Source: Candidatus Multivorans sp.
GTDB taxonomy: Bacteria; Acidobacteriota; Thermoanaerobaculia; Multivoradales; Multivoraceae
Assembly (NCBI GenBank): GCA_965224025.1
Contig: OZ245033.1
Location: 4,480,001-4,544,000 of the forward strand
DNA length: 64,000 bases
Reading direction: 5' to 3'
Shown piece by piece: positions 29,945-39,206 of this stretch. The first letter of the stretch is position 1, and each line of letters starts with the position of its first letter. The translations under genes and the position numbers were made by a program. The notes beneath the pieces are model-generated. The model did not search any database and had not been told where the DNA came from. It was given only the letters and a program-made list of their open reading frames with translations.

Positions 29945-32263
29945 ATGAGCCAGCTAACCGCCGACTCCACCGCCACCTGGGAGGCCGCACTCCAAGGCCG
30001 CATCCCGCCCCACCTCAGCGAAGAGATCGAGATCTTCGAGACCCAGATCGCGCAGAAGCGCCAGGGCAAGATCGACGACAAGGTCTTCGCCGAGACCCGC
30101 CTGCGCCGCGGCGTCTACGGCCAGCGCTATGACAACGGCCAGCGTCACGACGGCACAGGTAGCCGGACCCTGGAGTTCCCCTGCGACGACCTGACCAAGG
30201 GTCCCAACACCGTCTGGGATGCCCCCGGCATGCTGCGGATCAAGATCCCGTTCGGCGCCATGAACGCCGAGCAGATGGAAGTGCTCGCCGACCTCGCGGA
30301 GGAGTACTCGGACGGCATCGCCCACGTCACTACCCGCCAGGACATCCAGCTCCACTTCATCCACATCGACGACACGCCGGACATCATGCGGCGCCTGGCC
30401 GCGGTCGGCATCACCACGCGGGAGGCCTGCGGCAACTCGGTACGCAACGTCACCGCATGCCCCCTGGCCGGCGTCTGCCGCGACGAGCCGTTCGATGTTT
30501 CGCCCTATGCCCACGCTCTGACGTACTTCCTGCTCGGACACAAGGACGCCCAGGACTTCGGCCGCAAGTTCAAGATCGCCTTCTCGGGCTGCGAGCAGCA
30601 CGCCTGCGGCCTCGCGAACATGCACGACCTCGGCGTGGTCGCCCAGGTGCGGCCGGGCGCCTCCCCGAACGGCGCCAGCGCAGAGATGGAGCGTGGCTTC
30701 AAGGTCTACGTCGGCGGCGGCCTGGGCGCGGTTCCGCACCAGGCCAAGGTGCTGCGCGAGTTCGTGCGCGAGGACGAACTCCTGCCCCTGGCGCAAGCCG
30801 TCTGCCGGGTCTTCGGCCGCCTGGGCGAGAAGCGGAACCGGGCGCGGGCGCGGGTCAAGTTCCTGGTCGCCAAGCTGGGCATCGAGGAATTCACGCGCCT
30901 GGTCGACGAGGAACTCGCGGTCCTTCCCGCCGACGACCAGTGGACCGCCTATCTCGACGACCTCGCGATCACCGACGAGGCGCCAGCGCGGCCGGGCGCG
31001 AAGCTCGAACCCGGGCCGCGCCCCGAGGGCTTCGCCGAATGGCTGGCCACGAACGTCCAGCGGCAACGCCAGGAGGGCTACGTCACCGTCGCCATCAACC
31101 CGCCCCTCGGCGACCTGACCTCTCCCCAGATGCGCGCACTCGCCGACACGGCCCGGCGCTACAACGGCGGTCTGGTGCGGAACACGGTGGAGCAGAACAT
31201 CGTGCTCCGGAACATCAGCGAAGCGGACCTGCCGGTCCTTTACGTGGATCTCCGGAGCGAGAGTCTGGGCGCACCGGGCGCCTCCTCCCTGGTCGACGTC
31301 ACCTCCTGCCCCGGCACCGACACCTGCAAGTTGGGAATCTCGTCCTCCCGGGGACTCGCGGGTGAGCTGCGCAAGCGGATCGCCGCCTCCATCAAGACGG
31401 CCGGCGTGCTCGCCGACGAGGCGGTAAAGGACCTGCGGATCAAGGTCTCCGGCTGCTTCAACTCCTGCGGCCAGCATCACGTCGCGGACATCGGCTTCTA
31501 CGGCGTGAGCCGCAAGAGCGACGGCCGCACGGTGCCCCACTTCCAGGTCATCCTGGGCGGCCAATGGAGCGAGAACGCAGGCGCCTACGGGCTCGCCGTC
31601 GTCGCTGTGCCGGCGAAGCGCATCCCGGAGACCGTCGAGCGGATCGCCGGCCTCTACGTCGCCGAGCGCGAGAAGGGCGAGAGCTTCCAGGAGTTCATCG
31701 CCCGAGTGGGCAAGGCGCGAATCCGCCAGCTTCTGGACGACCTGACCAAGCTGCCGACCTACCTCGAGGACCGGAGTCTCTACTCCGACTGGGGCGATCC
31801 GCGCGAGTACACGATCGGCGACCTCGGCGTCGGCGAGTGCGCGGGCGAGGTCGTGACCGCGGTCGAGTTCGGCCTCTCGGCCGCCGAGCGCGAGGTCTTC
31901 CAGGCCATGCTGGAACTGGACCGCGGAGCAGCCGAGGCCGCTGCCGCCAAGGCTTACGCCGCGATGCTGCAGGCAGCGCGGGCGCTGATCACGACCGGGA
32001 ACATCGACATCGGCAACGCGCCGGCGGAGATCGTCAGCGAGTTCCGCACCCGGTTCTACGACACGGAGCTGTTCTTCGACCCCTACGCCGGCGCCAAGTT
32101 CGCCAACTATCTGTTCCGCGTCCACGGCGACGCCGCGACGGACTCGAGCGAAGAAGCACACCGCCGGATCGAGGAAGCCCAGTTGTTCATCGAGGCGGCC
32201 CACGCCTGCAACCACCGGATCGCGCAACAGCAGGCGACGGCCGGTCTGCGACGAGCGGTATGA
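29945..32263 (+). CDS. Siroheme/4Fe-4S nitrite/sulfite reductase with a C-terminal HEPN-like helical domain
   Basis: GVYGQR, HVTTRQDIQ, RKFKIAFSGC, SCPGTDTC and SGCFNSCG ligands, extra C-terminal helical domain. Start reassigned to ATG 29945. Confidence 0.88.
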   Translation: MSQLTADSTATWEAALQGRIPPHLSEEIEIFETQIAQKRQGKIDDKVFAETRLRRGVYGQRYDNGQRHDGTGSRTLEFPCDDLTKGPNTVWDAPGMLRIKIPFGAMNAEQMEVLADLAEEYSDGIAHVTTRQDIQLHFIHIDDTPDIMRRLAAVGITTREACGNSVRNVTACPLAGVCRDEPFDVSPYAHALTYFLLGHKDAQDFGRKFKIAFSGCEQHACGLANMHDLGVVAQVRPGASPNGASAEMERGFKVYVGGGLGAVPHQAKVLREFVREDELLPLAQAVCRVFGRLGEKRNRARARVKFLVAKLGIEEFTRLVDEELAVLPADDQWTAYLDDLAITDEAPARPGAKLEPGPRPEGFAEWLATNVQRQRQEGYVTVAINPPLGDLTSPQMRALADTARRYNGGLVRNTVEQNIVLRNISEADLPVLYVDLRSESLGAPGASSLVDVTSCPGTDTCKLGISSSRGLAGELRKRIAASIKTAGVLADEAVKDLRIKVSGCFNSCGQHHVADIGFYGVSRKSDGRTVPHFQVILGGQWSENAGAYGLAVVAVPAKRIPETVERIAGLYVAEREKGESFQEFIARVGKARIRQLLDDLTKLPTYLEDRSLYSDWGDPREYTIGDLGVGECAGEVVTAVEFGLSAAEREVFQAMLELDRGAAEAAAAKAYAAMLQAARALITTGNIDIGNAPAEIVSEFRTRFYDTELFFDPYAGAKFANYLFRVHGDAATDSSEEAHRRIEEAQLFIEAAHACNHRIAQQQATAGLRRAV

Positions 32264-32844
32264 GCACTACCCAGGGACCCGACCTCGATGGTCTGGTCAA
32301 GCTCGACCTGAAGGTGCTCGCCCGCGCCGAATCCACGGCCGAGGCGGAGGAGTTCATCCCCGTCTTCCATCGTTGGATCACCGAGCGGGTTCTGCCCGAG
32401 CTGCTGATCGATGTCGCCGACTACAGCCATGTCCCCGAAGGACCGGGCGTGCTGTTGATCGGCCACGACGCCCAGTACAGCTACGACCAGGGTCGCGGCG
32501 AGCCGGGGCTCCTCTACAGCCGCCGGCGCGAAACGTCACCCGCACTCCAAGGCATCGGCAGGCTGGACCGCCGGATCGAGTCACTGCTCGCGTGCGCGTT
32601 CCGGGCCTGCGACCTGATCGAAGCCGAGCTCCAACTCGAAGGTCGGGTCGCTTTCGACCGCCACCGGCTCGAGTTGCGCGTGAACGACCGCCTCGTCGCC
32701 CGCGACGACGACACAGTCGCCGCTCTCGAGTCCGCCTTCTCGCAAGCTCTGTTCGCCGCCGGCGTCGGCAACGGCGACGCGCCCGTCGCGCTGGAGCGCA
32801 CCGGCGAGGCACGCGAGCGGCTGACGTTCAGGACCGCCCCTTAG
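32260..32844 (+). CDS. Hypothetical protein coupled to the sulfite reductase
   Basis: ATGA overlap; FIPVFHRWI...LIDVADYSHV..GPGVLLIGH motif. Confidence 0.75.
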   Translation: MSTTQGPDLDGLVKLDLKVLARAESTAEAEEFIPVFHRWITERVLPELLIDVADYSHVPEGPGVLLIGHDAQYSYDQGRGEPGLLYSRRRETSPALQGIGRLDRRIESLLACAFRACDLIEAELQLEGRVAFDRHRLELRVNDRLVARDDDTVAALESAFSQALFAAGVGNGDAPVALERTGEARERLTFRTAP

Positions 32845-32856
32845 GCCAGCGCTACC

Positions 32857-32958
32857 CGCCGGATGCGGGCAAGATGCCCGCGTGCCATCCGTGCGCCCGA
32901 TGACGGGCGCACGAGTGGTTCGCGGGTGGCGCGGATCGCGCCACCCGGGTTCCCAAGG
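32857..32958 (+). repeat. Composite three-hairpin REP-like element, family A, copy 1
   Basis: GCGGGC-aagat-GCCCGC, GTGCGCCCG-atga-CGGGCGCAC, GGGTGGCGCG-gat-CGCGCCACCC. Lies between convergent genes. Confidence 0.85.
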
Positions 32959-33570
32959 CTAGTCCTGACAGGCGCCTGCCGCCTGCGCCACGAGTTGCCG
33001 CAACTGCGGCTTCAGTTCCAGTGCGGCCGCAGCCTCGCGGCCGGCATCCGACATCTTGGGCCAGGTCCTGGCCAGCACTTCCGCCGTCTTCTCGTCGCCA
33101 AGCCGCCTCACCAGCCCCTCCAGGTCGCGCTCCAGGAACACGAGGCAGGCCGCGTCCTCCAGCGTCTGCGCCTCCTGGGGCGAACTCCGGACCGCCCGCT
33201 TCAGCACCAGGTTCTGTACGCGCTCGATCTTCTCCCGCCTGTAGCCGGCGTCGCGCAGCACCGCGGCGGCAAGCCGCGCGTGCTCCAGGGCCGCCGCTCG
33301 CCGCCAGGCGAGATAGCCCTTCCGCCCGGCCGGGTAGTCCGTCCGCGGCAGCTTGAAGCGGCGCAGATGCTGGCAGTGCGCCGCAAGGACCAGGAGCTCG
33401 CCGGCATCCGGATCGAGCCGCGTCACCCAGGCCGCCATCCGCCGGGCATAAGCCAACTCCCGCGGCACCTGTTTGCCGTCCACCGTCTCCGTCGCCGGAT
33501 CCTCCCCGTGAAACAGGTTGAACCCCGCCACCGCGTTCTCGAAACGCGGCATCAGCTCGAAGCTCTTCAC
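32959..33570 (-). CDS. DUF4202-like protein
   Basis: EDP...PRELAYARRM, AAHCQHLRRF, PR.DYP.GR.GYL.WR, QTLEDAACLVFL, WPKMS. Confidence 0.8.
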   Translation of the reverse strand: MKSFELMPRFENAVAGFNLFHGEDPATETVDGKQVPRELAYARRMAAWVTRLDPDAGELLVLAAHCQHLRRFKLPRTDYPAGRKGYLAWRRAAALEHARLAAAVLRDAGYRREKIERVQNLVLKRAVRSSPQEAQTLEDAACLVFLERDLEGLVRRLGDEKTAEVLARTWPKMSDAGREAAAALELKPQLRQLVAQAAGACQD

Positions 33571-33576
33571 GGTGCC

Positions 33577-34521
33577 CTACTCGCCGGCCAGTTCCCGCTC
33601 GACGAGCTTCTCCTCGGCGTTCTTCTGCAGCTCGCCGAGCCAGGCGACGTACCCCTCAGGGTCGACGAAGGGGTGGGGATCGCCATCCGCCCGCGACGCC
33701 AACTGCTCGGCCCGCTCGAAGATCCTCCCCATGGAGGCGTGGTTCGTGATGCTGACCTCGATCGGGTTGCCGTCCTCCGAGGCGAGCCGCTGAATCCGGG
33801 CCACGCTGTCCAAGTAGAGGTTCGTGCGGTGGACGCCCTCGAAGTTGAGGCCCACGCCGCCGAACACGAAGGCGCGGTGCTCCTCGCCGCCGTCGCGCGC
33901 CGGGAACTCCATAGACAGAACCCCCTCGGTGTGCCCGGGCGTGACGTAGAAGCGGAGCTCCGTGTCGCCCAGATCGAGCGTGTCGCCGTCGGCGATGACC
34001 ATGTCGTGGACCGGCACGTCGATCTCGTAGTCGGGGTTGTCCGGCGGGGTTTCAGCCAGTTCCCAGTCCGCCGCGGTCATGCCGACCCGCGCCCCGTACG
34101 TCTCCTGGAAGCGGGCGGCGCCGCCGACGTGGTCAAAGTGGCCGTGAGTGGCCAGCACGTACTTCAGGTCCGCCGGGTCGTACCCCAGGGTCCGGATGCC
34201 ATCGATCGCCGTATCGATGTGGTCGCCGTAGAGCGCGTCGATCAGGATCAGACCGTCCGTGGTCACCAGCAGGTAGCACGAGACCCACTCGATCCCGACG
34301 TAGTAGAGGTTGTCGAAGATCTGGAACGGCTCGACCCGCTGTGCAACTGGGTCGTTCAGGTCTTCCCCTTCCGGATCGAAAGACTCGGCGGGCTCGGCAG
34401 GCGCGGCATCCGCTTCGGCCGCATCGTCCGCCGCCGGTGGAGTCGCCTCGCCGCCGCCGCAGGCCAGGGCGCCAAGCGCGATCAGGAGGACTGCCAGGAG
34501 GGCTGGAAAGGAACGTGTCAT
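33577..34521 (-). CDS. Metallo-beta-lactamase-fold hydrolase (subclass B3-like) lipoprotein
   Basis: Lipobox ALAC, PFQIFDNLYYVG, THGHFDHVGG, TPGHT, TNH. Confidence 0.85.
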   Translation of the reverse strand: MTRSFPALLAVLLIALGALACGGGEATPPAADDAAEADAAPAEPAESFDPEGEDLNDPVAQRVEPFQIFDNLYYVGIEWVSCYLLVTTDGLILIDALYGDHIDTAIDGIRTLGYDPADLKYVLATHGHFDHVGGAARFQETYGARVGMTAADWELAETPPDNPDYEIDVPVHDMVIADGDTLDLGDTELRFYVTPGHTEGVLSMEFPARDGGEEHRAFVFGGVGLNFEGVHRTNLYLDSVARIQRLASEDGNPIEVSITNHASMGRIFERAEQLASRADGDPHPFVDPEGYVAWLGELQKNAEEKLVERELAGE

Positions 34522-34691
34522 CGCGTCTTCTCCCGTGTCTTCTCCAGAAAGAATCCCTTACCCCGTCCCCGCCTTGCGGCGCGCGAACGGAGGGGTCTGA
34601 GCAACTCGCCGCGTCGCCGCCCGTGGCGCGCGTGCTCGCCCCGCGAAGCTACCACGGGAAGACGGCCGATCGGAGGCTCGTGGGCGCCGCG

Positions 34692-35393
34692 CTACCAGGT
34701 CTCGCGGTACGGGCGCAGCTCGACGTCGAAGCTCCACGCAGACGGGTCCTGGTGCGCGACGTACCACACGTTCTCGGCGATCGCGTCCGGCTGGATGAAG
34801 AAGTCGTCCGGCTGGTCGGGCATTCGCCGCCGGGTCCATTCCAGGTCGATCACCGCGTCGATTACGAAGTACGCGACGTGGATGCCCTGCGGCCCCAGGG
34901 TCCGCGCCATCGACTCGGCCAGGATGCGCTGCCCCGCCTTGGTCGGCGCGAACCCGGCGAACCGCGGAATGCCGCGGCGGGCCGCCGTGTTGCCGGTGAC
35001 CATGATCGCCCCGCGCCCGGCCTCGATCATCGCCGGGGCGACCGCGCGCGCCAAGTAGAGCAGGCCCATCACGTTGACTTCGAAGTTGGCGCGCAGGCGC
35101 TCCGGATCGACCTCCAGGAAGTCGCCGAAAGCGCCGCCCACGGCGTTGTGGACGAAGACCCCTGGCGCGCCCAGATCGCCGCCGACCCGCGCCACGGTCG
35201 CGCGCACCGCCTGCGCGTCGGACACGTCGCAGACGTAGCCGCGCGAACCCTCGATCTCGGTCTCCAGCGCTTCCAGACGCTCTGCGTTGCGCGCGAGCAT
35301 CGCCACCCGGTAGCCGCCGGCCCTAAAGCGACGAGCCAGCGAAGCCCCCGTTCCGGGACCCACGCCGGAGATGAGACAGACCGGATCGCTCAT
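34692..35393 (-). CDS. SDR family oxidoreductase
   Basis: GVGPGTG, HNA, GIHVAYFVIDAVID. Start reassigned to ATG 35393. Confidence 0.85.
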   Translation of the reverse strand: MSDPVCLISGVGPGTGASLARRFRAGGYRVAMLARNAERLEALETEIEGSRGYVCDVSDAQAVRATVARVGGDLGAPGVFVHNAVGGAFGDFLEVDPERLRANFEVNVMGLLYLARAVAPAMIEAGRGAIMVTGNTAARRGIPRFAGFAPTKAGQRILAESMARTLGPQGIHVAYFVIDAVIDLEWTRRRMPDQPDDFFIQPDAIAENVWYVAHQDPSAWSFDVELRPYRETW

Positions 35394-35562
35394 GGGATGC
35401 GGACGATACTCCACCGCGATCGCAGGCGCCGCGCCAACGCCGCGCCGGGGCGCCCACGCACGGCGAGGGCGGACCTTCGCCCGTCGCGCCTGCGAGCCTC
35501 CAAGTGATCTATAGCCATTCCTGTATAGTTGATCGACCCAAGCCCGACCCAGGAGGCCGCAG

Positions 35563-36177
35563 ATGACCCCGTCCAACCGACAGACTCCGACCAGTCCATT
35601 GCTCCCCACGCTGACGGCGAGCCTGGTGGCTGCAACGCTCGTGGTTGCGGCGACACCGGCGAACGCCGAGCGCGGCGACATCTACGCCGGCGCGTACTAC
35701 AGTCTGGCCGATGTCGAGGTTCGCTCGAGCGGGGCCTTCGACCAGATCATCGACGGCGACGAGAACGCCCTGAGTTACGAGGTCGGCTACCGGTTCCACC
35801 CGAACGTCGGCATCGAGGTCGGTTACCACGACCTGTCGAAGGTCGACGGCTCGATCCTGCCGTGCGCCCAGGGCGTGTCGTGCGGCGAGATCGCCACCAA
35901 GGGCAAGTTCACGGGGCTGACCCTGGCGGTGGCGCCGCGCTTCGAGGTCGTCGGCCGGGTCGGCATCTTCGCCAAGGCTGGGCTCGTCACTTGGGGCGGC
36001 GAGATCGAAGACGCGGCGGACAACCTCGATGTCGCGATCGAGGATCTCGACCGGGGCGACACGATTCTCGGCTTCGGCGTCGACGTGAAGATCATCACCG
36101 GCCTGTCGGGGGTCGCGAAGTGGGAGTCGATGGGCGACATCGAACTCGTCTCGGTCGGCGTTCGCCTGACGTTCTAG
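35563..36177 (+). CDS. Outer-membrane beta-barrel (OmpA-like transmembrane domain) protein
   Basis: Signal peptide, GYRFHPNVGIEVGY, amphipathic strands, C-terminal Phe. Confidence 0.85.
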   Translation: MTPSNRQTPTSPLLPTLTASLVAATLVVAATPANAERGDIYAGAYYSLADVEVRSSGAFDQIIDGDENALSYEVGYRFHPNVGIEVGYHDLSKVDGSILPCAQGVSCGEIATKGKFTGLTLAVAPRFEVVGRVGIFAKAGLVTWGGEIEDAADNLDVAIEDLDRGDTILGFGVDVKIITGLSGVAKWESMGDIELVSVGVRLTF

Positions 36178-36229
36178 GAGTCGAGTCGCGGCGTCCGCGC
36201 CGCGCTGACGCACAGGAAACAGGGCTTGT
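36176..36229 (+). repeat. 54-bp intergenic repeat, family B, copy 1
   Basis: Identical to the reverse complement of 61748..61801; internal hairpin CGCGGCG-TCCG-CGCCGCG. Confidence 0.9.
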
Positions 36230-36263
36230 CTACCGCGCAAGCTCCTGGTGCTACCGTCGGCCA

Positions 36264-37403
36264 ATGACCGACATCACGCCCTACCGCATCGAAGTCGACG
36301 ACGAGCAACTGACCGATCTGCGCCGCCGGCTGGACGCGACGCGATGGCCTGAACGGGAGACGGTCGACGACTGGACCCAGGGCATTCCACTCGCCTACAC
36401 GAAGGAGTTGTGCGAGTACTGGGCGTCCTCCTACGACTGGCGCCGGCTGGAAAGCCGCCTGAACGACTTCGACCAGTTCAAGACCGAGATCGACGGGCTG
36501 GGCATCCATTTCCTCCATCTCCGCTCCAAGCACACCGGCGCCGCGCCGCTGGTGCTCACCCACGGTTGGCCGGGGTCGATCGTCGAGTTCCTCGAAGTCA
36601 CAGGTCCGCTGCTCGACCCGACCGCGCACGGCGGTTCGGCGGAGGACGCTTTCCACCTCGTCGTGCCGACCCTGCCCGGCTTCGGATTCTCCGACAAGCC
36701 GACGTCGCCGGGCTGGAGCGTCGAGAAGGTCGCGGATGCCTGGGCCGAGCTCATGGCGCGCCTCGGCTACGAGTGGTACTTCGCCCAGGGCGGTGACTGG
36801 GGCGCCGCCGTCAGCACGGCGATCGCGATCCAGGACCACGAGCACTGCCACGGCATCCACGTGAACATGCCGACGGTGGGCGTCGACCAGAGCACGATGA
36901 ACGACCTGACCGACAACGAGAAGGACGCTCTCGCCGGCATCCAGCACTACCGCGACTGGGACTCGGGCTACTCGAAGCAGCAGTCGACACGGCCGCAGAC
37001 TCTGGGCTACGGGCTCGTCGATTCGCCCGCCGGCCAGGCGGCGTGGATCGTCGAGAAGTTCTGGTCCTGGACCGACAACGACGGCCACCCCGAAGACGTA
37101 CTGACCCGCGACCAGTTGCTCGACAACGTGATGATGTACTGGCTGCCGGCCTGCGGCGCCTCCTCGGGACGCATCTACTGGGAGAGCTTCGGCAACGGCG
37201 GCGCCGACCCGGTCGAGGTCCCGGTCGGCTGCAGCATCTTCCCCAAGGAGATCTTCCGCGCATCGCGCCGCTGGGCCGAAAAGCGCTACCGGAACCTCGT
37301 GTACTGGAACCGCCTGGAGAAGGGCGGCCATTTCGCCGCCTTCGAGGTGCCGGACGTCTTCGTCGGGGAGCTGCGGGCCTGTTTCCGTGAGATGAAGGCC
37401 TGA
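36264..37403 (+). CDS. Microsomal-type epoxide hydrolase (EHN domain)
   Basis: YDWRRLE..LN, HGWPGS, QGGDWG, GGHFAAFE. Start ATG 36264. Confidence 0.92.
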   Translation: MTDITPYRIEVDDEQLTDLRRRLDATRWPERETVDDWTQGIPLAYTKELCEYWASSYDWRRLESRLNDFDQFKTEIDGLGIHFLHLRSKHTGAAPLVLTHGWPGSIVEFLEVTGPLLDPTAHGGSAEDAFHLVVPTLPGFGFSDKPTSPGWSVEKVADAWAELMARLGYEWYFAQGGDWGAAVSTAIAIQDHEHCHGIHVNMPTVGVDQSTMNDLTDNEKDALAGIQHYRDWDSGYSKQQSTRPQTLGYGLVDSPAGQAAWIVEKFWSWTDNDGHPEDVLTRDQLLDNVMMYWLPACGASSGRIYWESFGNGGADPVEVPVGCSIFPKEIFRASRRWAEKRYRNLVYWNRLEKGGHFAAFEVPDVFVGELRACFREMKA

Positions 37404-37418
37404 CGGACGCAGTCAGCC

Positions 37419-37493
37419 GCCATCCGCGCGCCCGATGACGGGCGCACTGAGTGATTCGCGGGTGGCGCGGGTCGCGCCACCCGGGTTCCCAGG
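37419..37493 (+). repeat. REP-like element family A, copy 2 (two hairpins)
   Basis: GCGCCCGatgaCGGGCGC and GGGTGGCGCGggtCGCGCCACCC...GGGTTCCCAGG. Lies between convergent genes. Confidence 0.85.
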
Positions 37494-37512
37494 GGACGGA
37501 GAAGCCGTACTT

Positions 37513-39168
37513 TCAGTTGTCATCGACGCGGGCGTGGAACCGTGGCGGCCGGCGGTGCGGCGCCGTCTGCTCGAAGGCCCAGGCGATGCGGATCAGCGTC
37601 GGTTCGCTCCACGCGGCGCCGAAGAAGGAGACCCCCACCGGCAGGCCGTGGACGTAGCTGGCCGGCACGGTGACGTTCGGGTAGCCCGCGACAGCCGCCG
37701 CGCCCGAGCTGCCGACCGAGAAGCGGTCGCCGTGGACCAGATCGGTCACCCAGGCGGGACCGCCGCTCGGCCCTAGAATGGCGTCGAGACGGTGCTCCGC
37801 GAGCGCCGCGTCGAGCCCTTCCTCGCGGGACAGGCGGTTCGCCGTGCCGCGCGCCGTCTGGTAGGCGGCCTCCGTGAGCGGTCCCTTGCCCTCCGCCTCG
37901 ATCAGGATCTCCTGGCCGAAGAAGGGCATCTCGCGTTCCGCGTTCGCCTCGTTGAAGGCGATCACGTCCGCGAGGGAAGCGACCGGGGCGCCGTCGCCCA
38001 ACTCGGCGAGGTACGCGTTCAGACCGGCCTTGAACTCATGGAGCATGGCCTCGTACTCGTGCGGCCCGACTTCGTCCCGATGGGCGATCGGGGCGGGATC
38101 GACCATCTCGGCGCCGAGGCTGGCAAGCACCTCGATCGCCTCCTCCATCGCGTCGTCGACGCGGCTGTCGCCGCCCATGAACTGCCTGCCGACGCCGATC
38201 CGCAGACCGTTCAGATCTGCCGCGCCGGGCTCGGCGAGGTGGCGGCCCAGGTCGGTCGGAACCGGCGATCCGGCAGTCACCTCGTCCCGCGGATCCCGCC
38301 CCGTCATGCCGCCGAGCAGCGCCGCGGCGTCGGCCACCGTCCGCGCCATCGGGCCGGCGGTGTCCTGCACCGCCGAGATGGGGACGATGCCGCTCCGGCC
38401 GACCAGGCCGACCGTTGGCTTGATGCCGACCAGGCCGTTCGCCGACGACGGGCAGATGATCGAGCCGTCGGTCTCCGTGCCGACCGCCGCCGCGCACAGA
38501 TTGGCGGAGGTTGCGGCGCCGGACCCGGAACTCGAACCGCACGGATTCCGGTTGAGGGCGTACGGATTGCGGCACTGCCCACCGCGCGCGCTCCAGCCCG
38601 AACTCGACCTGTTGGAGCGGAAGTTGGCCCACTCGCTCAGATTCGCCTTGCCGAGCAGCACCGCGCCGGCGCGTCGGAGCTGGGCGGCTGCGAAGGCGTC
38701 CTGCCGCGGGATCGAGCCTTCGAGCGCCAGCGATCCGGCCGTCGTCGTCGTCCGGTCGGCGGTGGCGATGTTGTCTTTGAGCAGGATCGGGATGCCGTGC
38801 AGCGGCCCCCGCACGGTGCCCGCCGCCCGCTCCCGATCAAGCTCCTCTGCGATCTCCAGGGCGTCCGGGTTCGTCTCGATCACCGAGCGCAGGGTCGGTC
38901 CCTGGCGGTCGAGCGCTTCGATCCGGTCGAGGTAGAGCCGGGTGATCTCCGCGCTCGTCCGCTCGCCGGCCGCCATCTGGCGGCCGAGTTCGGCGATCGT
39001 CGCCTCCTCGAGTTCAAAGGCTCGCACATCCGCGCCGGGCTCGCCGTCCGACAGGGCGTCCGAATCCCGCTCGGATGGCGAACAGGCCGCACCGGCGACC
39101 GCTGCCGCACCGAGCGCGCCGGCCACAGCCATCACCTGACGACGCGTCGCGCCCTCCGTCTTACTCAT
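37513..39168 (-). CDS. Amidase signature family protein (Tat-type lipoprotein signal)
   Basis: TRRQVM...AAC signal, LHGIPILLKDN, GSSSGS, GTETDGSI. Confidence 0.92.
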   Translation of the reverse strand: MSKTEGATRRQVMAVAGALGAAAVAGAACSPSERDSDALSDGEPGADVRAFELEEATIAELGRQMAAGERTSAEITRLYLDRIEALDRQGPTLRSVIETNPDALEIAEELDRERAAGTVRGPLHGIPILLKDNIATADRTTTTAGSLALEGSIPRQDAFAAAQLRRAGAVLLGKANLSEWANFRSNRSSSGWSARGGQCRNPYALNRNPCGSSSGSGAATSANLCAAAVGTETDGSIICPSSANGLVGIKPTVGLVGRSGIVPISAVQDTAGPMARTVADAAALLGGMTGRDPRDEVTAGSPVPTDLGRHLAEPGAADLNGLRIGVGRQFMGGDSRVDDAMEEAIEVLASLGAEMVDPAPIAHRDEVGPHEYEAMLHEFKAGLNAYLAELGDGAPVASLADVIAFNEANAEREMPFFGQEILIEAEGKGPLTEAAYQTARGTANRLSREEGLDAALAEHRLDAILGPSGGPAWVTDLVHGDRFSVGSSGAAAVAGYPNVTVPASYVHGLPVGVSFFGAAWSEPTLIRIAWAFEQTAPHRRPPRFHARVDDN

Positions 39169-39206
39169 GGCGCGACGCTAGCAGCAGCCTGCACGGATCT
39201 TCACGT

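Noticed and set aside
32857-37493. CRISPR array
   Set aside because: The repeats are dispersed, long and multi-hairpin, with no regular spacers and no cas genes.
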